IMG/VR virus record: IMGVR_UViG_3300014964_000592
Span: 1 to 64,000 of that record
Length of the DNA stretch: 64,000 nucleotides
Origin: an uncultured virus (IMG/VR IMGVR_UViG_3300014964_000592)
Lineage: Duplodnaviria; Heunggongvirae; Uroviricota; Caudoviricetes
Direction: 5' to 3' (one strand)
How positions within the stretch are numbered: the first letter of the stretch is position 1; every line of letters begins with the position of its first letter. The notes below the pieces were generated by a model, which had not been told where the DNA came from, did not search any database, and saw nothing but the letters and a program-made list of their open reading frames with translations. The translations under genes were made by a program, and so were the position numbers. This document shows, piece by piece, positions 37,628 to 48,093 of this stretch.

Positions 37628-38420
37628 ACTTATACTGATGGCTCTTGTAGCCGTCGTTGCGTTCTCGTCTTGTGAACGTGTCGCGCCCAACTACGCCGGT
37701 GTCCTTATGGAAAACTACGGCAAGGAAGGCAAATCCGACTTCAAGGTAGTATCCGGTAAGGTATCCACATGGGAGTGGGGTACGGAACTCTTTCAGGTGC
37801 CGCTCTTCGACCAACGCGGCGAATTTGCCGAAGCGGTTACACTCAAGGCGGCTGACAACACGGAATTTAAGGCTCGCCCTACATATTCCTACAAGGTCAT
37901 CAAGGAACGCGCCATCGACGTGGTATTCGACAACAAGCACATCGACAAAGCCGAAACGGAAAGCGGCAAAGATGGCTTTATGCAGTCGTTGGAAGACAAT
38001 ATCCTTGAACCCCGTATCTACGACCTTATCAAAGAAGAAAGCCGAAAACACAAGACTGATAGCCTTATGGCCGATGGTGGCTCGCTCCTATTTGAGAAAC
38101 GACTTGAGCAGGTCATCGAACAGGAATTTGAACGACGCGGATTAAAGCTACTTACATTCTCCGCCCAGCTTGAATTTTCTAACAAGGTACGCGAAAAGAT
38201 TGACAGTCGCAATGAGGTTAACACCAATATCTCGGTGCTTGACCAGCAGATTGCGGAACAGCGTAAGCGCAATGAGCTTGAACAGCTCAAAACCGAGCAG
38301 ATGCTTATCAAGTCACGCGGTCTTACAAAGGAAATCTTACAGCAGCAGTTTATCGACAAGTGGGATGGAAAAGCCCCAATCTATTCATCCCCGATTGACT
38401 TCGTAAAGGTAACTAAATAA
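37614..38420 (+). CDS. SPFH/band 7 domain lipoprotein
   Basis: Lipobox FSS-C; ERVAPNYAGV; C-terminal QQQFIDKWDGKAP. Confidence 0.85.
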   Translation: MKKIRLILMALVAVVAFSSCERVAPNYAGVLMENYGKEGKSDFKVVSGKVSTWEWGTELFQVPLFDQRGEFAEAVTLKAADNTEFKARPTYSYKVIKERAIDVVFDNKHIDKAETESGKDGFMQSLEDNILEPRIYDLIKEESRKHKTDSLMADGGSLLFEKRLEQVIEQEFERRGLKLLTFSAQLEFSNKVREKIDSRNEVNTNISVLDQQIAEQRKRNELEQLKTEQMLIKSRGLTKEILQQQFIDKWDGKAPIYSSPIDFVKVTK

Positions 38421-38553
38421 TAACCCGGTGGCGGGTGCTTAACGTGGTCGCCCGCCGCCATTTTCAACTACACAGATATGGACTTATGTTTAGAGGAATA
38501 TAAACGCAATAGGAATGGCATGACTATGGGCGATTTAATCTAAAGGTCGGCGC

Positions 38554-38805
38554 ATGACCGAAAGCGAAACCCGAATGGTAGTCAATTACGGAATTGAACA
38601 AGGATATGAATTGATGTCTGAAATCCCGGATGAGATTACCGACAAAATCTGCGACCCTTTCTGCAAGGAGTTTGACAAGTATGATGACACACCTGAATTT
38701 TATTCGCTTGACTACATCAGAAAGACACTCCGCAAAGTCCAGAACTGCTATCATGTGGATTGGGATGCTGATGGTATTATGGATACATTGGAAGAAGAAT
38801 TATGA
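38554..38805 (+). CDS. Hypothetical acidic protein
   Basis: Packed ORF. Confidence 0.55.
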   Translation: MTESETRMVVNYGIEQGYELMSEIPDEITDKICDPFCKEFDKYDDTPEFYSLDYIRKTLRKVQNCYHVDWDADGIMDTLEEEL

Positions 38806-39140
38806 AAGACAAGCTGACCATCGAGCAGTCTTACGAATTGGTACGATTAGGCGTACCATCGGAAAAGGCAAGCGAAGTCTACGTCATAGAGGGCTTCTTC
38901 GGAATATCCTATCGCCCATGCTTCACATTGGCGGATACCCTTGAGTTATTGCCCGCCACCGCAAGCGATGGCATTTCTGCGTGGCCGCTTCTGATAAAGC
39001 GACATGGGAAACAATGGAGTGCTGGCTATGGTCAGATAATCCTATTTATTGAAGATGAGCTTATTGATGCCGCGTATGGTCTGAATAAGTGGATGTTAAC
39101 TGAATACAATAAACCAAAAGTAAAATCAACAGCACAATGA
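38802..39140 (+). CDS. Hypothetical protein
   Basis: FTLADTLELLP...ELIDAAY. Confidence 0.65.
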   Translation: MKDKLTIEQSYELVRLGVPSEKASEVYVIEGFFGISYRPCFTLADTLELLPATASDGISAWPLLIKRHGKQWSAGYGQIILFIEDELIDAAYGLNKWMLTEYNKPKVKSTAQ

Positions 39141-39577
39141 AAAGAAAAATCATGGTAGAGCAAGTATTTGACCTTGCGATTGCGGATTGCCATATCTATC
39201 CGCGTAGATGGGAAACATCCCAAGTCAACGGCGTTGAAGATAATGACAGCGACCCTAAAATGCCGTGTATTGAAGAAGATAAGCAATGCAGACTGCATTG
39301 GAATCCTATCATCAATCTTGATAATGGTCAGATTGTGAATTGGCAGAAAGGCACAACCGCAAGCGTTCACTATAAATCTGTTGATAATAATCAAATTGAC
39401 ATCAAAGACCGCAACACTAACACTATCAAGGAATACGAGGGATATGTTCCCAGCTTTCTTTGTCCGGAAGAAGATGGATGGGGAGATTATGTCATCATGG
39501 AAATAGACGAAAACGGCTTTATTCAGGACTTTGACAACAATCTTGATGATATTTTTCAAGATGGCGATGACGACTGA
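39137..39577 (+). CDS. Hypothetical protein
   Basis: GYVPSFLCPEEDGWGDYVIMEIDENGFI. Confidence 0.7.
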   Translation: MKRKIMVEQVFDLAIADCHIYPRRWETSQVNGVEDNDSDPKMPCIEEDKQCRLHWNPIINLDNGQIVNWQKGTTASVHYKSVDNNQIDIKDRNTNTIKEYEGYVPSFLCPEEDGWGDYVIMEIDENGFIQDFDNNLDDIFQDGDDD

Positions 39578-39747
39578 ATATCTGCATAACGATAAAACGA
39601 GTGTAAAGCCATGACGGAAGAGCAGATGCACGTTGTCGTGACCAGTATCAGCAACATTATGACAAGCAACAACGCAAACCTTGGCGAGGTATTGGAATTG
39701 CTTCGTAAGTGCGATATAGAAGTTGAACAAATAGAAATCCAATCGCT

Positions 39748-40107
39748 ATGATTATTCAACGGCAACAGCGGCACGATAAAATCCGATATATTCTTATCGA
39801 CGAGTACGCATCCGTTCACTTGGAACTATTCGACACCGCGCAGGATTTTGGCGGTACGGCATTTATCTGGGCGTTATGGACTAACCCCGATTACCGGCGA
39901 CAAGGACATGCAAAGAGGTTTCTTGAGCAAGCGGAACAAATCGCAAAAGAACATGGTCATGCTGCCGTGTATTTGGAATGGTTTGAATGTGATACGCCCA
40001 CCGAAATCCTCAAATGGTATTATCGCAGTGGATACAACGATGTAGAATTTGGCGGGAAAGGCGATTATGTATTACTCAAAAAGATTCTAAATGAGCATGG
40101 AAGATAA
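39748..40107 (+). CDS. GNAT-family acetyltransferase
   Basis: LWTNPDYRRQGHAKRFL acetyl-CoA motif; WYYRSGY. Confidence 0.85.
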   Translation: MIIQRQQRHDKIRYILIDEYASVHLELFDTAQDFGGTAFIWALWTNPDYRRQGHAKRFLEQAEQIAKEHGHAAVYLEWFECDTPTEILKWYYRSGYNDVEFGGKGDYVLLKKILNEHGR

Positions 40108-40429
40108 ACGTGGCAGGATTAGGGCATCCGCTTCAAACTATCAAGTAAGGGTCAACGGAATAAACATCATGCACGCCATCATTGAAGATGAAAGAAATAG
40201 AGAGCGCATTGCTGCAATAGATAGGCTTATAACTGCTGACCATCCATTCAATAAGGCTATTGAAATTCGCCTTGCAGAAACTCCGAAAGTTGAGCGACGG
40301 ATTGACCCTACTTGTGACCACTGTTGTCATTTCCAAGCCCACCCATCTCGGTGTCAGCTTTTCAAACGGAAAGTCAATCAGCATCAATATTCATGTAAAA
40401 AATACTCTCCAAGATACCACAACAGATAG
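40091..40429 (+). CDS. Hypothetical Cys-rich protein
   Basis: Packed ORF. Confidence 0.55.
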   Translation: MSMEDKRGRIRASASNYQVRVNGINIMHAIIEDERNRERIAAIDRLITADHPFNKAIEIRLAETPKVERRIDPTCDHCCHFQAHPSRCQLFKRKVNQHQYSCKKYSPRYHNR

Positions 40430-40461
40430 GAACAATTAAATAAGCTAAATATAAGAATAAT

Positions 40462-40698
40462 ATGGATGTCAAAGTAGCAGAAAAGGCAAGCAAGCTCCTC
40501 AATACACTTAATGGATTGAACGAAATCAAGAAAGCAACGGAAAATGAAAGCTCGCATTGGTGGGCGTTTCGCGCCCCACATTTGAAATACCGAAATGATG
40601 GCGACGGGATATACATGCCCGACATTCTGCGCGACGAATTTGTGGAAGCCGTCGATAGGGCAATCGCGAAGACCAAAGAAAAGATTGAGAAGTTATGA
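40462..40698 (+). CDS. Hypothetical protein
   Basis: Packed ORF. Confidence 0.6.
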   Translation: MDVKVAEKASKLLNTLNGLNEIKKATENESSHWWAFRAPHLKYRNDGDGIYMPDILRDEFVEAVDRAIAKTKEKIEKL

Positions 40699-41198
40699 GG
40701 GATATGCGTTTTGCAGTCGCCACCGCCGACCGACAGGAACTGCCAATGCGCGTGCGTCTTCTGGAGGCGACCATTGAGCTTAAATCCGCACTACAACGAT
40801 ACGCCACACTGATTGACCAAATAGAGGGAAGAAAAGGTGGCACAACGATAAGGATGATTAACCGCGTGCTTCAAGATTGCGTCGGTCTACCCATCCACAA
40901 TGTAGTGTTTGATGAATTTGACGACTCTGTTTATGCGGAACAAACGAAACGTCTGCACGAAGCATTAGAGCAACTGGCAATCGCTACCGGTCAAGTTGTT
41001 CAAATAAGCATCGACGACTACATCATTGATGTAAAATCGCAGATGGAAGCCATCGGTAAGCAACTCGGACAAAAATGCAAACGGAAAGCAGGACAAAAAC
41101 AAACATATCCAAAGGTTAAGACCAAATGCAACCCCATCCCCGGCTATACAAGAAAGACGGTATGGAACAGAACACGGTCTAACCCCAAATTAAGATAA
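40695..41198 (+). CDS. Hypothetical protein
   Basis: ATGA-coupled ORF. Confidence 0.6.
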   Translation: MRDMRFAVATADRQELPMRVRLLEATIELKSALQRYATLIDQIEGRKGGTTIRMINRVLQDCVGLPIHNVVFDEFDDSVYAEQTKRLHEALEQLAIATGQVVQISIDDYIIDVKSQMEAIGKQLGQKCKRKAGQKQTYPKVKTKCNPIPGYTRKTVWNRTRSNPKLR

Positions 41199-41202
41199 AG
41201 AT

Positions 41203-42450
41203 ATGTTGGAACTACGAGAATACCAAGACGAAATATCATCAAAGGCGGCGCAGTTGCTTGAGCAGTACAAGATGTGCTACCTCGCAATGGAATGTCGCAC
41301 CGGCAAGACGCTGACCGCACTGGCTACGGCGTTGAAATATGGCGCAAAGTCAGTCCTTGTAATTTCCAAGGTCAAGGCATTGCCAAGCATCCGCGCAGAC
41401 TACGATTTAATGCGCCCTACGTTCACGATGGATGCGGTCAACTATGAATCCGCACACAAGTATGCCGGGAACAAATATGACCTTGTAATCCTTGATGAAG
41501 CCCACAATCTCGGCGCATTTCCCAAGCCAAGCCAACGCACGAAGACTGTTAAGGCACTCTGCAAGGGCCTGCCCATAATCTACATGTCGGGTACGCCATC
41601 GCCGGAATCATTCTCGCAGTTATATCATCAGTTCTGGGTAAGCTCATTCTCGCCGTTCAAACTGTTCACTAATTTCTATAAGTGGGCAAAGGTCTATGTG
41701 GAAACAACGCAGAAGATGGTAGGCGGTCACACTATCAACGATTATAGCAACGCCCGCAAGGATAAGATTGATGCGGTTGTAAAGAAACTGTTCATCGACT
41801 ATTCGCAGGAAGAAGCCGGGTTTGACGCGAAGATAGTGGAGCATACGTTGGTCGTATCTATGTCGGAATGGACGGCAAGCGCAATCAATAGACTCAAGCG
41901 CGACCGCGTTCTCGTTTGGGATGATGTCAATATTCTTGGCGACACCCCCGTGAAGCTGATGACAAAACTACACCAGCTTTCATCCGGCAGCGTTATCGAC
42001 GAAAGCGGAACACATATCATTACTGACTATTCAAAGGCGAAATACATCCGCGACTACTTCGCCGGTAAGAAAATTGCCATCTTCTATGTCTATCAGACCG
42101 AAGCAGAATTGCTGAAAAAAGCATTTCCTAATTGGACTGACACTGCGGAAGTATTTCAGCAGAGCGATGACCTCGGCATGGTCTTTCTGGGACAAGTCCG
42201 CAGCGCAAGAGAGGGTGTTCGCCTTGACACCGCCGATGCGCTTATCTTCTTCAATCTTGAATATTCCTATCTATCGTATGAACAGGGCAAGAACCGACTT
42301 TCATCCAAAGAGCGCATTGACCCGGCACAGGTCTATTTCGTATGTTCGGACTGCGGAATAGAGCAGGATATTCTTGAGGCCGTTCATGGCAAGTCAGACT
42401 ACACGTATTCATTTTATAAAGCAAAACAACATGGAATCCCCTCTTTCTAA
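41203..42450 (+). CDS. SF2 (SNF2-like DEAH) helicase
   Basis: LREYQ, MECRTGKT, VILDEAH, MSGTP and REGVRL motifs. Confidence 0.9.
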   Translation: MLELREYQDEISSKAAQLLEQYKMCYLAMECRTGKTLTALATALKYGAKSVLVISKVKALPSIRADYDLMRPTFTMDAVNYESAHKYAGNKYDLVILDEAHNLGAFPKPSQRTKTVKALCKGLPIIYMSGTPSPESFSQLYHQFWVSSFSPFKLFTNFYKWAKVYVETTQKMVGGHTINDYSNARKDKIDAVVKKLFIDYSQEEAGFDAKIVEHTLVVSMSEWTASAINRLKRDRVLVWDDVNILGDTPVKLMTKLHQLSSGSVIDESGTHIITDYSKAKYIRDYFAGKKIAIFYVYQTEAELLKKAFPNWTDTAEVFQQSDDLGMVFLGQVRSAREGVRLDTADALIFFNLEYSYLSYEQGKNRLSSKERIDPAQVYFVCSDCGIEQDILEAVHGKSDYTYSFYKAKQHGIPSF

Positions 42451-42718
42451 CACCAAAGAATACCGCGAACAGATGGGGCGCGTATTCCGATGCTTCTACG
42501 AGCATCCAAAGACGATGCTGGACGTGTCGATTGAAACCGGCATACTACGCGCTAACATCTGCCGCTATGTGTCGCACATGGAGGATGACGGAAGAATCCA
42601 AATCCACCACAAGGGCATCGACAAGACAACCAAATGCCGGGCGGCTTACTATACGACAAATCCGGAACTGTTCAATCAGCCGCCTGTTCAGCAGATGGCA
42701 TTGGATTTTGGCATGTAA
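42431..42718 (+). CDS. HTH DNA-binding protein
   Basis: PKTMLDVSIETGILRANICRYV. Confidence 0.7.
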   Translation: MESPLSNTKEYREQMGRVFRCFYEHPKTMLDVSIETGILRANICRYVSHMEDDGRIQIHHKGIDKTTKCRAAYYTTNPELFNQPPVQQMALDFGM

Positions 42719-42723
42719 TCATC

Positions 42724-42984
42724 ATGTTTCAGAAGAAGAAAACAGACCCGCTGGAAAGCGCGATACAGCGCAAAATTATAAAGCGTTATGAAGACGATGG
42801 CTATCTTGTAGTCAAGATTGGACTATGCAACAAAGGAGGCTTCCCGGACTTGATGTTACTCAAGGATGGAAAGGCTTCATTCGTTGAAGTCAAACGACCC
42901 GGACGAAAGCCACGACCGCTACAAGAATACAGGCTCAAGGAGCTGCGCGATGCCGGCTTCGACGCTTTTGTACTGACGGAATAG
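42724..42984 (+). CDS. VRR-NUC domain nuclease
   Basis: ESAIQ...GFPDL...FVEVKRPG...RPLQ. Confidence 0.88.
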   Translation: MFQKKKTDPLESAIQRKIIKRYEDDGYLVVKIGLCNKGGFPDLMLLKDGKASFVEVKRPGRKPRPLQEYRLKELRDAGFDAFVLTE

Positions 42985-43112
42985 ACATACTCTTTTCATA
43001 AATTGATGGATGGCTGTCATCGTGAGATGGTGGCCTATCCGTTTACAAAAGAAATGCGCCACGGTGGAATAGACCACTATGGCGCAATCTTTATCGCTAT
43101 TGGTAGCGATTA

Positions 43113-43379
43113 TTATCTACAAGATATGAAATCGTCAGGCGCGATAAATCCTTTTGCTTCCATGATATTTATGGCTTCTTCGGCATCCATTTCGTGTATT
43201 TCATCAACGTCGCTATAACTGAGTGCTATGCAATATTCATTGACAAAACCAATAGAGGGTTCAATTTCGCCAAACCCCTTAAAGACAATAAATTTGCCAA
43301 ATTCTTGTAACGCAGAGTCGGCTACCACTATGGCTTTTATTGCTTTATCGTAAGCCTTACGCATTTCCTTGTTTTTCAT
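43113..43379 (-). CDS. Hypothetical protein
   Basis: Last gene of a minus-strand operon. Confidence 0.6.
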   Translation of the reverse strand: MKNKEMRKAYDKAIKAIVVADSALQEFGKFIVFKGFGEIEPSIGFVNEYCIALSYSDVDEIHEMDAEEAINIMEAKGFIAPDDFISCR

Positions 43380-43385
43380 AACCTA

Positions 43386-44138
43386 TTATTCTATTCTGAT
43401 ATAGACGCGATACCAGCTATATTCACGGTCAAAAGCATCCGTGAATGTAATCGGGACTTCCGAGCCGGCTTCACATACCGGCTCGATGGTGTATTGGGCG
43501 ACATTGGCTTCAAGGGATTCATCGCCGCACACAAACGTTGCCGTTTCCGTCTTCTTTGGTTTGTATGCCTTCGTAGCGAAAAGCGCAAGATTATCATTGG
43601 TCAGATTAAAGAAAACCGAGTCGGCTTCGCCATCCTGCAACTGATTGAAGAAATCACTGCACAAGGGGATTGTCATGTGCGTTCCGTCGCGTGTGATTGG
43701 TGGCACGTTCACACATTCAGGCAGATTATCTTCCGTAATATCCGGCAAGTCAAAGATGCCCAGTTTGCCCTTGACGTTAAGAATAGGCTTTTTGAATAGC
43801 ATTACATCGCGCATGACCCATTTGTATTCCGCTCCGTGACCCTCCTGCGCCCAAATTGAAAAATTCTCTTCTTCGCACCGGTCTATTGTCGCCACGCCTA
43901 CGATGGCAGATGTCGGCATTTCCGCGATTGTGGGGATTATACCCATTGTCTGCGCGTTTTCTATCGGATTAGCCCATACCAGCGGCATGGTTTCTTCGTC
44001 GATGTTAGGCTTCCGTGCGCCGACATGAATAAGAACACGCATAGGTGTTGACTTCAACGCCCATTTGCGGTTTTCCACATCCTTGAGTCCGCTGCATATC
44101 AGCGTACCCCACGGCTGTTGAATTGAAAAGGCTTTCAT
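43386..44138 (-). CDS. ASCH domain protein
   Basis: MKAFSIQQPWGTLICSGLKDVENRKW...VLIHVG...VKGKLGIF. Confidence 0.88.
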   Translation of the reverse strand: MKAFSIQQPWGTLICSGLKDVENRKWALKSTPMRVLIHVGARKPNIDEETMPLVWANPIENAQTMGIIPTIAEMPTSAIVGVATIDRCEEENFSIWAQEGHGAEYKWVMRDVMLFKKPILNVKGKLGIFDLPDITEDNLPECVNVPPITRDGTHMTIPLCSDFFNQLQDGEADSVFFNLTNDNLALFATKAYKPKKTETATFVCGDESLEANVAQYTIEPVCEAGSEVPITFTDAFDREYSWYRVYIRIE

Positions 44139-44923
44139 TGTTCCGTATCTATTATTTTTATTATTGATTTGAGTTCATCTATTGTCTTCGCTTTGTATTT
44201 CGTGCCTTTATACAAAATAACCGCCCGGAGTTGACTCTTAGGTGTACTTAATGGCGATATTTCTTGCTTGTGTGATAGCATCCAATTCAAACGGCTTATT
44301 GTCCTTTCTTTTAACAATGAGCCGTATTCATCAAGAAGAGCAATCAGTGTATCTCGTCTATTTTTAGACATGCCTATCACCTTCCCATTTTGAAACCCAA
44401 GACCATGAAGACAAGAATTTATTGCGCGAGGCAAGATGCAACATGTTTCCGGCGAATAAATCTTGCGATTATTACCGAATAAGTCTTTATCCACGCAAAC
44501 ATCAAAAGGAGATATGAATAATGAATCCATTAACAATCTCTTTTCCTCATTATACCATCTTTCAAAATTGTTAAAACAGTGCCATTCCGCACATACCGTA
44601 GCATCATTATAACATCGGGGTCTGCCCGGGCTATAACATCTTCCAAGTATTCCGCGCCATTGCTTAAACGCAGGGGTATCTTTGTTTACTGGATAAGAGA
44701 TGGTTCCAATAGCATATCCAACTCCGCAGAATTGTTCTATTGCATAGTCTTTTATGTGTGCATTTTTGCCGATTGCCTTGCAAGAATATTTTTGAACGTT
44801 TCCACTTTCCTTAAAGCGCACAAGACATTCCCCGTTGCCGATAATTTTCACAACCTCGTATGATAATCCATAAAAAGATGTGTATTCGTCACCAACGCAA
44901 ACTGGGTCATTGTGAGCTTTCAT
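44135..44923 (-). CDS. HNH-like homing-endonuclease-related protein
   Basis: WRGILGRCY...VCAEWHCFNNFERWY...VDKDL...YSPETCCILPRAIN; AT-rich. Confidence 0.7.
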   Translation of the reverse strand: MKAHNDPVCVGDEYTSFYGLSYEVVKIIGNGECLVRFKESGNVQKYSCKAIGKNAHIKDYAIEQFCGVGYAIGTISYPVNKDTPAFKQWRGILGRCYSPGRPRCYNDATVCAEWHCFNNFERWYNEEKRLLMDSLFISPFDVCVDKDLFGNNRKIYSPETCCILPRAINSCLHGLGFQNGKVIGMSKNRRDTLIALLDEYGSLLKERTISRLNWMLSHKQEISPLSTPKSQLRAVILYKGTKYKAKTIDELKSIIKIIDTEQ

Positions 44924-44935
44924 TACTTATTGATT

Positions 44936-45355
44936 TTAATGGTCTAAATCCTTACATTCATGCAAAAGTGCGCACAGAGAATCCATCAGCTTTTGAATAA
45001 CCTCATCATCTGCGTATAGCTCCCTCATGTGTTCAAAATCATGGGTATGACACAACTTGTGAAACTCTTCCTCACGCCAGTCTTTTAGAATTGCCATAAT
45101 TTCTGCTATCGTAGTTGGGGTGTGGCTTCTTCCGCGATAGTGCAAAAAAGCAACCATTTTATTGGCATTGATTTCGTCGGTGAATAATTCCGCAACAGAC
45201 ACATCAAGCGCATCAGCGATTTTCATCAATGATTGCAGGCTGGGGTTTCCTTTGCCGTTTGCTATGTTAGAGAGCATCGCCTCCGTCACACCGGCGGTGG
45301 CTGCGACGTCCTTTGCGGTTAGTCCTCTACTTTTTAGAATATCCTTAATTCTCAT
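44936..45355 (-). CDS. XRE-family HTH regulator
   Basis: MRIKDILKSRGLTAKDVAATAGVTEAMLSNIANGKGNPSLQSLMKIADALDV. Confidence 0.9.
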   Translation of the reverse strand: MRIKDILKSRGLTAKDVAATAGVTEAMLSNIANGKGNPSLQSLMKIADALDVSVAELFTDEINANKMVAFLHYRGRSHTPTTIAEIMAILKDWREEEFHKLCHTHDFEHMRELYADDEVIQKLMDSLCALLHECKDLDH

Positions 45356-45546
45356 AAAAGATAATTTGTTTGGGTACGCAAAATTACGATAAAAAATAAT
45401 ACTATCAAAGAAAATTAGCCCATAAAGTAAGATTTAACATACTTTAACTGTTAGCCTATTGCACGACATTATTTTATAATGTAATTTTGCGGTGTGAAAT
45501 TATCACAAACAATAATTCAACGTAATCAACCCCTAAAGGCAAAGAT

Positions 45547-45879
45547 ATGAAGACTACAAGAAACAACCTGAAAGACATCATGCTTCTGGCGTGGTCATTT
45601 GTACGTCGCAACGGCTTCACTATGGCAGAGGCTATGAAAACCGCATGGCGCAACTACAAGCTGAAAAACGCTATGCACGGCGGCATCGTGAAATTCTACT
45701 TTCTGAAAGTGGATAGTACGCTGCGCGAGGCTTACGGCACATTAAAGGAGAATCTCCTGCCGGCTACACAAGGCACTGGCAGACGTGCCAACGACACAGT
45801 TCAAACATACTTCGACACCGAGAAAGGGGAATGGAGATGCTTTAAGAAAGCAAACCTCGTGCGCATCGCTAACGCATAA
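45547..45879 (+). CDS. SH3-like beta-barrel (DUF2693/WYL_2-like) protein, copy 2
   Basis: Clear paralogue of 20918-21247 (shared TQGTGRRAN and YFDT). Confidence 0.8.
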   Translation: MKTTRNNLKDIMLLAWSFVRRNGFTMAEAMKTAWRNYKLKNAMHGGIVKFYFLKVDSTLREAYGTLKENLLPATQGTGRRANDTVQTYFDTEKGEWRCFKKANLVRIANA

Positions 45880-45954
45880 CACATCAAGCCGGGAATGCTG
45901 TCAGCCACGGCATCCCCGGCACCAAAAAACGTAATCAATAACACCAATAAGACA

Positions 45955-46191
45955 ATGAAAATAATCGCTAACATCTACTATGTAGGCCAAATCGTATTTT
46001 CAGCCGCCCTCGCAATATGGGCGTTATACATGGCACTGCGCGGCCTCTTTACTGGCGGCTCGCTATTCGTAACGTTCTGCTTCGCAGTAATGACATGCAC
46101 AACCTATTGCCTCATGTACGTGCCAAGTGTACGCGAATACAAGGAGCATAAGGCAAGACACAACAAAAAGGCACAGACCGAGCAAAAATGA
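45955..46191 (+). CDS. Small membrane protein
   Basis: Two hydrophobic segments. Confidence 0.55.
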   Translation: MKIIANIYYVGQIVFSAALAIWALYMALRGLFTGGSLFVTFCFAVMTCTTYCLMYVPSVREYKEHKARHNKKAQTEQK

Positions 46192-46616
46192 TTGAACCGC
46201 AGACCGGCATACAACAGGACGTTGACCGCGTGGAAATCAGCGACACCCTTATTGACTTGATTGTCGATAAGATGGTCGATGAAATGAATGACCGGATAGC
46301 CAAGATTGACCCACGCGATGACCCCTCGGCTGAATATGGCGAATACTGGACAAGCGGAAGCTATGATAGCGATGACTATTTAGAACTGGACGAGCCAAAT
46401 GACGAATACTGCATCTCGTATAAGTTTGAGCTATCGTGGGAATACCGCGAATGGACTGAATACTGGACTGACCCAGTATGTTACCCATCGTTTGACGATA
46501 TGCGGAACGAAACCGGCTACGTCTATGACATAGAAATCGACACCCCGGATGGCGATGCAGTCAAACAAAGTATCTGCGACGCTATCGCAAAGAAAGTAAA
46601 CGAAAAAATCGGATAA
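46188..46616 (+). CDS. Hypothetical acidic protein
   Basis: ATGA-coupled ORF. Confidence 0.6.
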   Translation: MIEPQTGIQQDVDRVEISDTLIDLIVDKMVDEMNDRIAKIDPRDDPSAEYGEYWTSGSYDSDDYLELDEPNDEYCISYKFELSWEYREWTEYWTDPVCYPSFDDMRNETGYVYDIEIDTPDGDAVKQSICDAIAKKVNEKIG

Positions 46617-46618
46617 AC

Positions 46619-47032
46619 ATGAGCCTATACAACCTTATCAATGGCGTTAATCCTGCCACGTTTTTCATCTTGCCCATGCTCGGCAAGCACCCGGATGAAT
46701 ATCCCAGATTCAGGGATTGCTTCGTAGGGGAAGAAGATACCATCGTCGTACTTACCCGCGTAGGCGGCGCAAACCGCAACACAGGCTATGGCGAAGACAA
46801 GATAATGGGACACCCCAATTTCATCAAGACTTACGATGATGATTTTGATAACACCTACGGCTATTACGTCTATTCAGTGCCTGACCGCTGGCGCGAAGAC
46901 TACAACAAAATCATCAATGGCAAAACGCTATTCGTATCGGAAGAATACTTTAACGAGATGCTGCGCGTATGGCCTAACCTTGAAGACAAACTGCGGAACA
47001 TGTTTCATCGCCCCAAAACCGAAGAGAAATGA
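46619..47032 (+). CDS. Hypothetical protein
   Basis: PRFRDC...TRVGGANR...DDDFDNTY. Confidence 0.7.
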   Translation: MSLYNLINGVNPATFFILPMLGKHPDEYPRFRDCFVGEEDTIVVLTRVGGANRNTGYGEDKIMGHPNFIKTYDDDFDNTYGYYVYSVPDRWREDYNKIINGKTLFVSEEYFNEMLRVWPNLEDKLRNMFHRPKTEEK

Positions 47033-47496
47033 CGAAGCGTAAATCATCTGCGGAAGCTGCTGCGGATTATGCCGCAAAGGACTACTATATCGCACAGCGT
47101 ACCGACCTACTGAAATCCGCGTTTAACGCCGGCGCATCGTGGCTATTCAATAATCAATGGCACGACGTGTACGAAGAAGCACCGCCCAAATCCGGGCAAT
47201 ATCTCGTCATCTACCTTATGGATAAGGGCGAGAATGAACCGCCGGAAAAGCGATACGTTCAAGTGTTCGACATCCTTGTGTATTTCAAGGATAATGAAGA
47301 CGAGGGCTTATTGCCGTGGGGATTAGAAGATGAATTTGAATACCTCGCAAACGCCATAACACATTGGGCGTTCATCCCCAAAACGCCACCTATAACAACG
47401 CTGGAGGATGGGCTTTATTTAGGCGAAGCAAAGCCTTACAATCCCGAAATGCACCGGCGTGATTACAATAACCTACCAGAAGAATATCAGAAATGA
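47029..47496 (+). CDS. DUF551-like hypothetical protein
   Basis: WHDVYEEAPPKSGQYLV...ITHWAFIP. Confidence 0.6.
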   Translation: MTKRKSSAEAAADYAAKDYYIAQRTDLLKSAFNAGASWLFNNQWHDVYEEAPPKSGQYLVIYLMDKGENEPPEKRYVQVFDILVYFKDNEDEGLLPWGLEDEFEYLANAITHWAFIPKTPPITTLEDGLYLGEAKPYNPEMHRRDYNNLPEEYQK

Positions 47497-47840
47497 AACC
47501 TATAAAATTTACATGGACGCAGACCCGTGACCCGCATTTGGCATCATTGGTCAAGACAGACCCGGAATTTGCGGAACGAGTCAGAAAGTCAATAACCAAC
47601 CTTGAGAATTGGCTTGAAAAATGTGCCGACAAAGGCAACTGGGATGAAATTGAAATGTCAATCCCTTGCAATCAGATTGTCAACAATGACATCTTGATAA
47701 ATGATGTCGGGAATGAAGACCGCATGTTTCTTTTCGTGGTACTGAATAGCAAACCAATAGAAGAAATTATGAACAGCGTAGTCACGGAACATTATACGCA
47801 TCTTGTCTATCTTGACTTGATGGACTCAATCAAAGGATAG
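47493..47840 (+). CDS. Hypothetical protein
   Basis: ATGA-coupled ORF. Confidence 0.6.
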   Translation: MKPIKFTWTQTRDPHLASLVKTDPEFAERVRKSITNLENWLEKCADKGNWDEIEMSIPCNQIVNNDILINDVGNEDRMFLFVVLNSKPIEEIMNSVVTEHYTHLVYLDLMDSIKG

Positions 47841-48089
47841 ATGGCACGACTGGATGAAGAAAGGCAAAAAGCGTTAGAGCCAGAACGCATACGCCACGCA
47901 ATCAAGAAAATCACCGCCCTCGGCTATGAAATAACCGCGCAGGATAACACATCTATAAAGTTTATCCACAACGGCAAGACCGTGACATTTTACCCTTATA
48001 GCGGATGGGCTACCGGCGCAAGCATTAAAGATGGCAGGGGTTTGAAACACTTACTATCACAACTGAAACTAATAACCAATAAACTATAA
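47841..48089 (+). CDS. Hypothetical protein
   Basis: FYPYSGWATGASIKDGRGL. Confidence 0.65.
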   Translation: MARLDEERQKALEPERIRHAIKKITALGYEITAQDNTSIKFIHNGKTVTFYPYSGWATGASIKDGRGLKHLLSQLKLITNKL

Positions 48090-48093
48090 AACT

